From assembly GCF_009914755.1 (NCBI RefSeq), contig NC_060931.1: a DNA stretch of 64,000 nt. One strand, 5' to 3'. Positions 41,060 to 55,011 of the stretch are shown piece by piece. The DNA is from the human T2T-CHM13v2.0 reference genome, Homo sapiens. The notes below the pieces were generated by a model. It ran no database searches. It saw only the letters and a list, made by a program, of their open reading frames with translations, and was not told where the DNA came from. A program made the translations under genes and the position numbers. Numbering within the stretch: the stretch's first letter is position 1; each line of letters begins with the position of its first letter.

Positions 41060-41290
41060 TCACTTTATAGAACTTGAATGTGAGTATGTCAGTAGAGACT
41101 ATCACAAATCATGTATTATACAAAGTGTATTAATATGTATTGTCTCATTTTATCCTTAGCAAAGCCATGTGAAGTAGGCATTGCCATCTTCATTTTACAA
41201 ATTCAAAGCAGACAGTGAGAGGAGTCATGGAGCTTGAGATTGAACCAGGATTTAGACCCAAAGACATGGATATCGGTCAGACTCCAAAGT
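41060..41290 (-). mobile_element. MIR SINE
   Basis: gtgaagtaggcattgccatcttcattttacaaat...ggatttagaccca. Confidence 0.65.
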
Positions 41291-41699
41291 GCTACCTATA
41301 CTCTACCTCATAATTTTTTAACAGACATTAAACTTTTGATTATAGATGGAAACTACTAGAGAAGAACAAGAACATACCTTTCTTTATTTACTTGCAATGT
41401 TTTTTCATTAGATTAACTGTATGAAACAGTAATTTTTGGATCAAATGTTCAAATCTTCCCAATCCCATATGGTTAAATCCAATAGAACAAAGAAGTCCAA
41501 AACTAAGGGATATATCAAGAGGCCATTTTTCTGCCTCTCAAGAGATTTCATTTGAATCATCTCTCTTCATCCCACAGAAAATATATAGGGATCCAGGCTT
41601 CAGCCTTTAATGTTGACTTTTTAAAGTATCTCATAGATGCTAGTTAATGAAATCCCTAACTCAGCTGGATTGGCATATTAAAGATCTCCACCTTCGCTA

Positions 41700-41875
41700 T
41701 GGGGGTGCCAGGCACTGTGCTCAGCACTTTGCAGAATTATCTTCTTTAACGTTAATAATGAGTCTTTGAAGTGAATATTGTTCTTCCCATTTTATATATA
41801 AGTAAATTTCCCTTCCATAACTAGCAGGTAGAAAGGTCAGGAATCAAATCCGAGTCTACTTGATTCCAAATCTAT
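41700..41875 (-). mobile_element. MIR SINE
   Basis: gtgccaggcactgtgctcagcacttt...cccattttata...ggaatcaaatcc. Confidence 0.7.
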
Positions 41876-44434
41876 TGCAGAGCTATTAAGCACTAATTAA
41901 GCCTCTTATTTCTGTGGCAATGTGCCAACTGGTCAGAGGAAACAAAACAGGCAAGCCCTTATTGTTAAGATGCAGATGTAGGTGAGAAAATAAGATGATG
42001 TAAATGGTACCTGGAAGTTGGATTTGGCATAGAAATAAAAGGTAACACTGGTTTGGCCCCCCCCTTTTTTTTTTTTTTTTTTTGAAATTGATGCTTAGCA
42101 AAGAGGAGGAAAGCCTGACATCTTACTATCCCTCCAACCAGCAGGTCAGTGATTCTGGGGCTGCCCACTGAGCTTAAGAGTTCAGCTTACACTAAAATAT
42201 TTTGGAGGAAAAGGATAAGAAGATTTTCTTTGAGCCCTGAGAAAGAACTTTTTCCAAGTGCTTGCTTTGTGGTGTCTGCTGGTTCCCATCAGGCTTATTA
42301 TTTTTTCAATTATTTTTGTGTGATATATTCAGTGCTGGTTACAGTATGATAAAGCCTTGCTGCTTTTTTTATTTTAATTTTTTTAGGCAGTGTATATGTA
42401 TCAGTACAAAGTAAAGTTCCAAACTTGATAGAAATAATAAGTTCTCATGGGGATGACTCATATCTTTGCTGAAATTCACACTAAAATATTAGGCCACCAT
42501 AGCAACTACAATAATTTTTTAAAATAACATTTGATAACTTAAAATATACCAGACCCTACATCAAGTGCTCCATCTTAAAAATAAATAAGAAAACTTCTTT
42601 GTTCTGTATTTTGCTTAATTATTAACTGAGTATATATCTGAGATTCTGGGTAAAGTGCATGAGGCTGGGAAATCACATCAATATATATTGGGAGTAAAAA
42701 GTGGTCAGAATGGTGAGATAATATTTATCAAGACACTATTATCAGCAGGATAAACACACTGTAAAACTACTATAATTGTTAGCAAACAACTAAAATGGCA
42801 CTGAAATAAAATTAGAATTTGGCTGGATTGTCTAAAAAAAACCTCGCTTTTGTATTATAATACTGGTCAACAATATTTTAATTTGGTACTGGGACTCTAG
42901 AAGGTGAAATCTCATAAATGATCAAGGTTATCTACATTCCATTCCAGTGACCTAAAGAATTTTAGATAATGTTGTTAGCTACAAGATAATATTTAAATTC
43001 TAACCTCTGAATTGGCCAAGCAACTGAAAGAAAAAATCAGGTTGAATTAAATAACATAGAAATAATGAACAAGTAAACACTAAAATGAATGTACTTGCCA
43101 AATTTAATCTGAGTTATTCAGATACTCTCCAGTTCTTCAAAGCACCCATTCGATGTGTTTATTGTCTGAGAGATCAAATAGCAAGCCTAGATTGGTATAA
43201 TATGCAGGGAGATTTTGCAAGTGTATTTGGAATCTTCACAAAATTTTAATCTTTGATCATTTCTCAGGGAAAATATTTTTGAAGCATTTTTCTATGTTAA
43301 CAAAGGCAAAGCATTGTTGTACGTATAGATACTGCTTTTATAGATGGCTATGTTCTTTTTTAGCACAGGATGTGGAAATCAGAATCATATGGTAATATTT
43401 GAAGAACACTGCTATTGTTTAAAAGGCTAAGGAAATAACATACTAAAGAAAAGAGAAACTTATTTGGCTGAAAAATCACTGAGATCTGATAATATTTAAA
43501 ATAATTTTCTATTACTAGTTTTGGTTACTCAATCTGCTAAGAGCTAGTAAAAAAGTCCTTTCAACTTGGCAATTTTTAGGTATAATTCATCATTTTTTAT
43601 TGTATGACCGAAACAGGTCTTATTGAACTAAATGCAAGATTTAAACTGCAGGTTATAGAGTTATTTGTATGTTTAATTTTTATTTAAAATGGATGAAAAA
43701 ACATTTTTTCAAGCAAAAGATGTTTTCAAGCAACCTATTAGAATCATTACTGCTTCATGTAAATCTGTTACAAAGTTAAATAAGAAAACTTAAAACTGTA
43801 AATTTACTGAGATAGCCACTAGACAAACCCTATTTAAAGCATCTCTATTGGACATTAACAACATGTGAAAAAGGATTAGCACTAATCAGCACAAAAAATT
43901 GATGTTGAAAATTTGTCGATTATTTTGCTAATGTTATTTGTCAATGACAACCCTTCCAAGCTTACTTGCAATTTTTAAAAGTGGCCACAATTTATATTTA
44001 TTAGATTGCAGAAAGTAGTTTTTTTTTTTTAAATAAAATGAATGTAATTTGGTTTCAATGAAGTTATGCAGCCAGGTATGGGAAAATATATTGTATGCAG
44101 AGAGATACTACTCTTAAAGAAGGTCATTCCACTCATGAACAAGGCCATAGCAAATGGTATTTTTTGTTTTGTTTTAACTAAAGTCTGGATCGAGTCATTT
44201 CTTGGTTTTAACTGTTATAACTATCAAGAATTTGTCCTACTTCACCTGATGAGTCTTTCAATACTTGAAGAAAGGATTATGTTTACTCTGGGACTTCCCT
44301 TTAGAAACCAAACACCCCCATTATTCACTCCCCACAGATTTTCCGCTAACAGCCTGGAGACTCTCCACATGTGCTTTGATAATTGATATTTCTCTCTAAA
44401 ATACTCTATGTGTGGACTGACCCATGAAAAGTAC

Positions 44435-44610
44435 AATGTGCTTCTCTCACTCCAGATTCACGCAGGGGAACTACTTGCAGATTCCGAGGTCCTGTCCCTA
44501 GAGATTCAAATTCTATTGATCTGGACAGGGGTCAGGCATCTGCATTTTTCATAAGCTCACAATTTTTTTTTTCATTTTGTGAAAGGGCATCTGGGTTGAG
44601 AATCACCGTC
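44435..44610. mobile_element. MER5B-like hAT element
   Basis: gcagattcc...agagattc...caggcatctgcattttt...gggttgagaatcac. Confidence 0.7.
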
Positions 44611-46035
44611 CCAAACCATATTTGGACCATTTAATGGCTCTGTGCCATTAAAATTGTTTGTTTGTCTTCAAGTGCAGGGCTGTAAATGCTTCCTTGTTAA
44701 ATTTTGCTTTTTACATTCCAGCATATTCCTTCAGAATGTCAGCCTCTTTTGAATTTCAATACAGTTCTTCACTCTTTCACTATCTTTTACCAAGTACTTT
44801 TTCCAAAGTGAAACAAACCTCTGGCATTTCATTAATGTGTTTTGTACATCATTAAGATGTAAGCTTTAGGTCAATAAGAAAATCCTGAAGAATTTAAGTT
44901 TGGTGTGTGTGTGTATGTGTATATATATATTATGTTATGTATATGTTTATAATTTAAGTTTGGAATATATGTATATATTTCAGATACACTTTTAAAATGA
45001 ATTTATCCTGCAGCTGAGAGGTTTCTGTATAAGAACCAGGCTGAAAAGATGGATCGATGCCTGTAAATCTCTGATTTTTTTATCAAAACCTTGCCTTGTA
45101 GTCACTATTTATATCCACTTTGGCAAGAGCCCCATTGTTACTTTGGAACTGGCCTAGTAGCCTCAATTGCACAACAGCTCTTCGTGCCAATCAAGTAACT
45201 TCTAATGTAGTTGTCAAATCAAGATTAATGAAGCATCATTCATTGGGAAGAGTCAATAAGGGCCTGAAGGATTATCATCAAATAGCATTTAGTTAGAGAT
45301 TCCAGGAATGTAGCTGATTTAGGGCACAGCACAAAGCCCTTTCTTTCTTCACATCCCAACTTTTCCATCACAATGGGAATTCCCAGAAGTGGCTGGCCTG
45401 CATTGGTTTTAAAAGAGGTCCTCTGCAATTCCACTTCCATTATCTCTGCCTTACTGAGGTGAAATTTTGTTTTCAGGGACAGATTAGATCTTTCACTCTG
45501 GAAGGAAGCACAAAAAGCATTTTTCTAACATTGTTTCAGGGGTAGACTCATTTTTCTTCTTTAATTGGGATTCTAGAGCCACTTAACCCCTGTAGGCTCA
45601 GGCTCACTTTACTCTTGGGAACAAATTTCACCCATTAACAGGGACCTATATGTTGTGCCCATAGCTAATCCATTTAGTTTCAGCATCTGGGTCTCCTTCA
45701 TAATTAAGATTTCTACCCCTTTTTCAGTGAGACAATTGAAAAATTTTTAAAACTCACATTTAAATAAAACTATTCACAGAGTTTTAGAAAAGCTATTTTT
45801 ATAAACCAGAATTTAATACCAACACATATAACTGACCAGCAACATGACTTAAAAAAAAGGACAGCTTGTAATATTTGTACAACTAAGAAGTATTTCAATT
45901 AAGGAAACACTTCAGAAGTTGCTAAAATGTGGAGTATGATTAGGTGGGTACATTTTGTATCTGATTTTCTTCTCAAAACCATGAAAACTCTAAAAGCTTC
46001 ATAGCAAGAACATAAAATGAAAATAAACACTCTAC

Positions 46036-46146
46036 CTGATGGATCAAAATCCGGAAAATAATCTGGGCAGAACTGATAGGACAATACTCCAGCCGGTGTG
46101 TCATCCCAGCACAGCCATCCATCCCAGGTGCGATTGCAATATGGAC
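46036..46146 (-). CDS. CALCR: CALCR exon 5 ([17 protein letters not shown]...DFDPS), class B hormone-binding motif
   Basis: 111 nt, ccag|GTC acceptor, CAG|gtagag donor, WDGWLCW signature. Confidence 0.98.
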
Positions 46147-46886
46147 CTGGCCATTTAGAAGGAAATTGATATTGAAGCCTTGTGGATTTAACTAAATGAG
46201 AAGATTGATCCCAAGACGATATTACAAGTAGCTGAGCTCACTACACCAGTCATAACCACCCACATTTCAAACAAGCCAAGTCATTTATTTTGGAAATAAA
46301 GTTTCAAATAGGCTTAGCATATCTGTGACCAAATTATCTCATTGGATGACAAGCAGGGTTCTATTTCTACTTTGTAAAAGGTTCCAAAGTTGAGTGCATC
46401 AAAAAAGCAAATGCCCCAAAGACTGCAAGACCCTCTCTCAAAAAAAAAAAAAAAAAAAAAAAAATTCTACCTAAAACCATGAAGATTTACTTCTATAAAG
46501 GTATGTATTCAAAAGAATCAGATCCAGGCTTTCAAGAAAGCTCTCAAAAATTATTTAAAAAATGAAAAGAGCTCTCAGAAAACCCCAAAAATATCAGTTC
46601 TGTGTTTTTATTGTCTCACTGGCTTCAACGAAATTGTTTCTCCTTTGGTCAGAGTTATGTCTAATGCCTGTTCAGTTCTTGATAAACACTGAATTACTGC
46701 AGACAGAAGAATAATATGTATCTGCCTTTCAGTTGACTTGATGTTTTTGTTTAAAGGAAAATGGTAAAAATAAGAACTACAAACTAAAACTTGAACTATT
46801 TGAAAGCAAAGAATGTGCAGTAACAGAGTATATTTTACCATTTTTTTCCCTACCAAGTTGGGTTGTCTTAAAATGTACATGGTAGT

Positions 46887-47120
46887 AGGCCAGATGCAGT
46901 GTCTCACGCCTGTAATCCTAGCACTTTGGGAACCTCTCCTGAGCCCAGGAGTTGGAGACCAGCATGGACAACATGGCAAAACCCCATCTCTACAAAAAAA
47001 TACAAAAATTTGCTGGGCATGGTGGCATGCACCTGTAGTCCCAACTGCTCAGGAGGCTAAAGTGGGAGGATCCTCCTGGGCGAGAGAGTGAGACCCTGTC
47101 TTAAATATATATATATATAT
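46887..47120 (+). mobile_element. AluJ-like element with internal deletions and (TA)n tail
   Basis: Alu arms with gagcccaggagtt and aagtgggaggatc diagnostic positions. Confidence 0.9.
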
Positions 47121-47813
47121 AGTAAAAGATCTTATTGAATCTTTTCAAATGCCTCAGGGGACAAGTAGGAGAATTTAAAGGGATGTTGCAATGAGCTTGC
47201 CCATCACATCTCCCCTTTTGTTTTTCTATGGGTCCTCTACAGCTAATAGAATATGTTTAGACCTGAAAATATCTGGGCAGTCACATACAGCCATTCTAGA
47301 GAAGCTGGTAGATAAACAATGTCTGGCTAGGAGGTACCTTTTTGTAATTCTCCTGGAAAGTGGGGCCAGAAAGTGTGGAAGAATAGTATGGGTTGCCAAC
47401 CAATTGACAGTTAAAGGGAAGATACTACCTAATTAATCCAAGCAAGATAGGGTTTGATAGGGTCCACCTCAGGCAAATTCTCTGCCCTCTATTTTCCAAT
47501 TCCCTTTCCTGTCATTTTGTACATCCCCTCCCTCACTCGGTCCTTTACTGTTCCGGCTCACCAGGTGTGAATACTGAATTATTGCGGTAATTTTATCATG
47601 AGGGCAGATGTTAGCCAAATTGCAGTCAGATGAACTTGGGCAAAGAAATTAGGCATATGCACTGCATGAAATACACAAACATACCATAGTGTGAAAACTG
47701 CTGTGAAAACTGCTGGCATATTAAATTAAAATTATTCAACACATATTTAACCACAAAAGAAAATGTCTGTAATGGTGTTTCAAACATATGTTCATATATA
47801 TCCTTCTCTTTAC

Positions 47814-47967
47814 CTTCTCCTTGGTATGCGGGTAACTGCTGCATTCGGTCATAGCATTTGTACTGTGCATCCATCATCTTCTTTCGTCCTACGACGTAAA
47901 GAAATGGCTTGGGCTCTATTGTTGGATAGGTTTGATTTGAAAAGGCAGGAAGAATTGGGGTTGGGTG
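47814..47967 (-). CDS. CALCR: CALCR exon 4 ([13 protein letters not shown]...LPAYQGE), extracellular domain
   Basis: 154 nt, tacag|CAC acceptor, AAG|gtaaag donor. Confidence 0.98.
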
Positions 47968-49399
47968 CTGTATTAAAAAGAAAAATCAGTTACTTATAGA
48001 CAGGAGGAATGGGTGAGCACAAATAAATGAGACAATGAAAAAGTTTGAAAACATTTATTTTTGCTCTCTAAGCAATACTTATTCATGGTCTCTATGTACA
48101 GTTTTTTTCATATATATTACAAAAAATGTTTTCACATTTCATCTACAAATTCTACTGGCACATTTTACATTTGCATTAGTTTCCATTTACTATTGAAAAT
48201 GGATAACACCTACACACACTCATATACCTCTTAATCAGCTAGGATTGTTTTAACTGTATTATGATTCTAAAGTTTAGAAGTAAACAAAACAAATAATCTA
48301 ATTTCCAAAAAATACAAATATGAAATCAACTTTGCCTTACTCTTAAGAATCATGAATCATGTTATTAAAAAATAGACATAGTTCAATAAATATGCTTTTT
48401 TATTTGATTCTTTCAGCTAAATTTTATTGGTGCTGTGTACACTGCCAGAAATTTATCCCATCTATTCCATGGAACAAACAAAATATGTTTTCTGCTCCTC
48501 ATAATTGACCATAATCTCCTTAAATTGGTTTCAACAGCAGATGACCTGTACAGGGCAATTCATGTTCACTAATGAAAAATCAATGTATTTCTTAGATATT
48601 TATCTCAGCACATTTGCATTTTGGTACAGATTGACAATAGTTTTTTTCAGTTTCAGTTAATCATCACCATCACAAGCCTCTCTTTTTCAAAGGTAATGTG
48701 GGTGTTTGAAAAGATCACTCTGTCACACTGTTCTTCCTAACTTGTGTTTATAAAGATTTCAATTTCTTTTGTGGCTATGACCAATGTTTTTAGTGGTGTT
48801 GGAATCTGCGAATTTTTAATATCCATGTTCTGCATAGAGATTTTTTTTTCTTTTTTTGAGGAGACCTAAAAACATCAGCCTGCACTGACTTTCCTTTTTC
48901 TAAATTTAGGAATGCTGCTTAATTTCTATCATACCCGTTGAAATTTCAATTCTAAGATTGAAGTTTCTCCAATTGTATTGATGGCAGAAGTGGTGTTATG
49001 TACTCTTCTATATGTGCTAGTTTCTAAACAAAACTCATCCCTATTAAGTTGACATGTATATTCCTGGCTCTTCATGGTGAATCCTCACTGTTTTCCATGT
49101 GTGTCATTGTATATGTCCTACACGACAGCACATCACTAACTGCTAAGCTGTCCAGCACAGAATCCAATCAAAATTCAGAGTTTGGAGAGAGTAGGGAGCA
49201 AAAACATTCAGGATGGCTACAGATACAAGGTAGAATTTGAATTGTATCTTGAGTGTGGGAAGTTTCTGCATAGGCACAAGGGGGGGTCGAGAAGCCTTTT
49301 GGGATGGAGGGACCTTTCCCACAAAAGTCTGGAGGTTGGAAATGACATGCATGAGCCACTGTGAGAAAACCATCTTGCCTGAAGGGGAGCATATTTGAG

Positions 49400-49650
49400 G
49401 GTAAGAAGGTCAGGACTTTGCTTTCAAGACTGCATTATCTGAATCTTCAGATAACAAAAAAAGAGTTAAAACTTGTTTTGTCACTTTGAGCAGGTTAGCA
49501 ACCTCTCACTAGATCTGTTTTCTCAACCTAGGAAACGTAAAATAAGAAGAGCGGTAAGAATAATATTTATCATCTGTCATGTTGTGAGGATGAACAAGAC
49601 AATAAACACCAAGTGTCAGGGACATGAAAGGTTCAAAACATTTTAGCTAA
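49400..49650 (+). mobile_element. MIR SINE
   Basis: tcactttgagcaggttagcaacctctc...gttgtgaggatgaa. Confidence 0.6.
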
Positions 49651-51221
49651 TATTGTTAAAACATGGTATATAACATAATATATATGATAAAGATGTTTTG
49701 TAGATTTTTGATCAGTGAAGGTTGTGAAAGGAGAATTTTTAGTAAAATTCATGCAGCAGGCATCAGATGTCCACAGGTTAAAGTTGCGGGGTGGGGTGGG
49801 GGCAGCCAGGAAGTTGAAGGCCTGGCTGGACTAGATCAGTCCATGTTGGAACAAGAAAGTACCACTCTTAGCACCTTCTCAATAATAAAAACATGAAGGC
49901 ATATTTGAATACAAGGAATGGGAAACAGTAATAGTCAAATAGCCCAGATAATTAGCCTAGATATTTGGGGAAAAAAATAGTTCCCAAGAAAGGGAAGATG
50001 CTGGGAAAGGAAAACCTTATTAGGGGGAACTTCTCCCCCTTGGTAAGTAAGTCCTATTTTGGGTTAGATTTGGAGATGGTAGCAAGCCATCCTAGTGGAA
50101 ATATCTTGCAAAGAGAAGAGGGTGAATACTTATCATTATTATAACATTACTGTGATAACTTCAAATGGACACCAATTGTGAATAAGGTTGACACTACTCT
50201 TTAAACATTTTGTTGATTTCTAATTTTAATGTCTCTTGAATTTATGTCAGAAGAGAAAGTAATGAACCCATAAAAATGATTATAACTGTGCAAATCCTTT
50301 ACCAGTGTAGCTGAACACAATTCTTTTGATATATGACACTTTCCCCACTGGTCTTCAGATCAGTCAGCAAATATTGATCAAACTTGATGAGCCCAACATT
50401 GTGCCAGATGCTGAGGATACAGTGCTGAATAAAATAAGTGTAGACTGTGCTCTCATAGAGCTTACAGTCTGGCAAGATGGACCAACACTATAAAATATAT
50501 TTCTGATACTTGAAATTATGAACAATAAAGAATCATCAGTCATAAAATTCTTAGATATTCCTAATGGAATTGGAACACGATTTGCAAAATTTTTAAAAAA
50601 GAGTAATTTGAAGGGATTCCATGTTGAGGTTTCTTTTTTTAGTTTATTACTCAACATTTGTATGAATATGTGTGTTTTAAAAATTCAATTACATATTAGG
50701 CAACCATCAAAACAAGAATGGATCATGATGCCTTCACAATAGAGATATTAATTATTGGTTCAACTTATACATTTATTTTAGATTCTTCTTTTGTGGCTCT
50801 AAAATCTTCAGTTAATATGAGAATGATCATTTGATGTATTATTAATTTCTGGACCATTTTCTCACCATCTTCAAATCGAATTAGAAGATGGAACATGATG
50901 TCATATATAAATCTTATCTGTCACTTGTATTAGATATGCTAAACACTGGGAAGTATTTTGTTTAAATCTGGCTTTCTTCCCAAAAGTAACATTCTGAATT
51001 CTCTTTTTATATGGCTGACAACCAACCAAGAGATTTTCTTGCTCTAGTTGGAAATTCATGGAAACCATAGGCAAATAGTATGTCCGAGGATAACAAGTAG
51101 AAAACCCTATGCTTGTATTTTCAATTATATTTTTATTTGCTTTAATGCAGTTTTAACATCAGTAACAGTGGAAATACGACAATCTGTATACGAGTAGTTA
51201 TAATTCATGCTGATGAAAGTA

Positions 51222-51317
51222 GCTTCCATCTTATCATTCTTGCAATATTGAAACAAACTCCAGTGAACTTGTTTGAAGCTGGTTCAGTAGAGATTGTTTC
51301 AACACTGAAGGAATGAA
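51222..51317 (-). ncRNA. MIR653: pre-miR-653; mature 5p GUGUUGAAACAAUCUCUACUG at 51285-51305
   Basis: Recognised hairpin with complementary arms (UUGAAACAA / UUGUUUCAA). Confidence 0.96.
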
Positions 51318-51480
51318 AAATTAGAACCTCTGTTGTCAGATGAGCAGTAATAATCTGCATCAGTTCCTGGTCTGGTTCATATTTGAGCACTGAAGATGGA
51401 ATTTTCCCAACAGTAGATGAATGTCTCAGTGGCCTTCTTCCTAAAATAACATACCCATTGGGGCATTACGTTTATACATA

Positions 51481-51869
51481 CAGTCATCCCTTGGTATACT
51501 CAGGGGATTGGTTGCAGGACCTCCTGTGGATACCAAAATCTGAGGATGCTTAGGTACTTCATATAAAATGGTGTAGTATTTGCATATGTGGATACCAAAA
51601 TCTGAGGATGCTTAGGTCCTTCATATAAAATGGTGTAGTATTTGCATATAACCTATGTACATCCTCCTGTATTATTTAAATCATCCCCAGATTATTTATA
51701 CCTAGTACAATGTAAATATGATGTAAATAGTTGTTATACTGTATTATTTAGGAAATAATAAAAAGAAAAATAGTCTGTATGTTTTCAATACAATTTTTTC
51801 CTGAATATTTTCTATCCAAGATTGGTTCAATCTATGGATGTACAACCCATGGATACAGAGGGCTGACTG
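51481..51869 (+). mobile_element. MER2 (TcMar-Tigger MITE) with internal 62-bp tandem duplication
   Basis: TIRs CAGTCATCCCTTGGTAT / ATACAGAGGGCTGACTG, TA target duplication on both sides. Confidence 0.9.
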
Positions 51870-51870
51870 T

Positions 51871-51915
<45 letters not shown>

Positions 51916-51932
51916 CAGACAGATAGATAGAT
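51870..51932 (+). repeat. Compound (GATA)n(GACA)n tetranucleotide STR
   Basis: Seen directly. Confidence 0.96.
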
Positions 51933-52395
51933 ATAAACATATAAATATATGTATATGTATGATTTTATGTATATTATATATATATATAATTACAATCATG
52001 GAATTACTACTGCTTAAAAATAACACATATACAAATTTCATAAAGTTTATTAAATGTTAAACTTTTGCTGATAATTTTATACAAATAAGAATTGCTGGGA
52101 AGGTGGTATCATTTTCAGCAATACAGAGACAAAATAAAACCAGTAGTGATTGGATGAAACTACCAAACAATGTAAGAGACTTCAAATATCCTACTTATTA
52201 TAAGTGTTATGTCTATACTACTTATTTCAGGGGGTTAAATAAAAATATGATTATATGTTCACATTCAGATAGAAATGAGATATTAAGGGCATATTGTTTT
52301 TCTGAATAAACATCAGTTTTCAAAGCTTTGCATATAAACCATCTTACATGATTTTTCAACATACAAACAAACAAAACTCTTAATTGTTGTCCCAT

Positions 52396-52479
52396 GTAGC
52401 AGTTTAGCTGCCGTATATGTGATGTCACTCCTAAAGGTTCAAGTAAATGGCGTCACACATACGACCACCAAGCTGCCAC
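52396..52479 (-). ncRNA. MIR489: pre-miR-489; mature 3p GUGACAUCACAUAUACGGCAGC at 52407-52428
   Basis: Recognised hairpin and mature sequence, intronic and sense to CALCR. Confidence 0.97.
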
Positions 52480-54953
52480 CAACAGCAGTAGTCAGCAGCC
52501 CAAACATCATCAGTTTTTTTCAGTCGACAAATACTTTGAGTGCCTCTCACATGTCAGGCACTCTTCTAGGTTCTGGAAATTCAGCAGTGAACCAAACTGG
52601 CAAGCCACCTGCTCTCATAGAGCTTACATTCTTGATTTTATCCACACTAATCATGGAATCCACAGGAAAGGAATCTGATTTGAAATGGTCATATGCTTAT
52701 GCAATTCCTACTGTGATGTAGGACAGTCAGTTTGCTTTTGGGTTACAGGCAGTTTCTAGAAGTACAGAGACAGTTACAGAGCTGTTCTTCATGGAACTTT
52801 GAGAAATGGTCCATCTCTGCAATAGTTCAAGCCCACTGAGTGTATGGACCCAAGCTGCTGTGCTGAAGGGAGAGCTTCCTATTGATTGCCACATGCAAAA
52901 CTACTCTAAAAAGTATGTAAACCTAGAATCCACAAACTGATGCAACCAATGAGATTTTCATGTCACCATCCTTAATGTTGATAATGTATATAATTATTTT
53001 TGCTTTTCAGTTACTTACACATTTCAAAATAAGAAAGGACAAAGCACACTGTTGTAAAAAGTGTTAGCCCTGGTTTTCCCAGGTAAGATCAGATGCCTGG
53101 CTGGTGTACTGTGTAATTCTACTTACATTATATAAACAACGAAACTGCATATATCATAAATTCAAAGCAAATAGGTGAACATAGATAAGTAAACAAGTAA
53201 CAATAACACCTGCTCTGAAGAACCTAATTTTTATGTCTTTGTTATTACCATTGGCTTTGTTGTCATCAGCATCGTCACTGGCATCTTTTTCTGAGAGCTC
53301 ACTGTATACCAACTGCTGCTCTAAGCTTACTGTATACCTCGCAGGAGGGAGAGGAATTGAGTGGGTGGTTATGGTTAATGGAAAGAGGCTAATTGAAGGT
53401 GGTGACCCAAACTGAGACTTTAAAACCTATATGGAAATCGAGTTGATAGAGTTCAATAGTTAGTGTATTTTCACAACAATCTATTGTCTAAAAAGTAATA
53501 TTTCGGATTAAGTAGGAACATTGTCATTAAAATTTTTTTTCTCTGAGAAGTGTCAATGTGAACATAATAAACGTTTTGAAGAAAATGGACATATCAAATT
53601 TTGTTTTATGGACAAATCCTCCAAATCAAATATATAATCCAAATACAGAGAGAGAAGCAAATTTCTCTCTGTCACAGCAAAGAGAGCACAAACCCATTTA
53701 AGTGCCCTGTTCAGTTATGCTTGCTGGTCAAGAGGTGCCCACAAGCCATAAAATGTTTCTGTCCATGGCTCATGCAAAGATGTGCATTTTTTTCAATATT
53801 TAAATTATAGACTACATTAGTAAAAGTTTTGAATAAAAATGACCTACGTTGCTTTTTGAACACACTACAAATTTTCTAAAGCCTTTGTAATAAAAAAGGT
53901 AATTAGATAATCTTCAAACAATTTTGTTAGTATTTAGTTCTTTCTTTAGTTTTTCTTCTGTCATGTTCAATATAATTATTTATGAAGCATGATTATTCAA
54001 AAATATTCACATATACCAGATCGCTTAGGATTTCATTTGAGCTATGAAAAATAACAATATCAATAATATATAGCAATATTTTTACATCCATAGAAGACCA
54101 CATAAGGCCTGGGTATTTACTGGCAAATTAAAATATTCTATTAGTTTCCATAGTAGTCTTGTTTAGTGTTTTTATTATATTTCCAGTGACATAAAGAAAC
54201 CTGCATTTCCAAATACTAATTACTTTTAGAAAATTTTACTGTAATTTATCTAAAGAAATATTTAATAGGATAAAATGATAAGACAACCTGACAATAAAAT
54301 AAGTTATACTCATTATCCAAATAGGTGCAAAAGGGTTGCATTAATAGTCATTCCCATACACCATTTATTTGATGTACAATATTACAAAATAAAAATTGCC
54401 TTACAAATTAAATTAACATTTATGAAATACTAGCAATATTTTTTTCTTGAATAATATAAAGACAAACAGTTTAGACAGACTTGTAGGCCTATAACTACAC
54501 ATTAATAAACAATGGAAATCCTCGAACCCTATGCAAGCTTTGTGTGGGTCAGTATGACAGTATGAGATATTGAGTGATCTTTGCTGCCAACTGTAATTTA
54601 TTAGCAAATGTTACTCTGATGTGACAGAAAGGATAAGAAGCAAGGCAGCTCCACATTGATTTACGTAAAATTTACTCATCTCCCATTCATGTGCTATTGA
54701 AGCTGATGTGATGGTAGGTTAACAATGTTGACACAAATAATAGGCATTGATAGTGTTCTCTAAGATGATTATATTTCCGATTACTTGCTAAATCTTTTAG
54801 GAATAAAACAATATAGAATTACACAAACTGAACATAATTTAAAAGATTGGAGAAAGAGTTATAGAATAATAGTGGTATATAAAGACTTGAAGTTTCCGTA
54901 GTCAGTTTTTGATGAAAAATACATTTGAAATCAATAGCCAGACTGAAAGAGTT

Positions 54954-55011
54954 CAGAAGTTTTAAAAGAATTGAACAGCCCAGATGTTTTAAAAGGATTG
55001 AACAGCCCAGA
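54954..55011 (+). repeat. 27-bp tandem duplication
   Basis: CAGAwGTTTTAAAAGrATTGAACAGCC twice. Confidence 0.9.

Noticed and set aside
51525-51648. Direct repeats as a CRISPR-like array
   Set aside because: Only two adjacent copies with no spacers, inside a mammalian MER2 element
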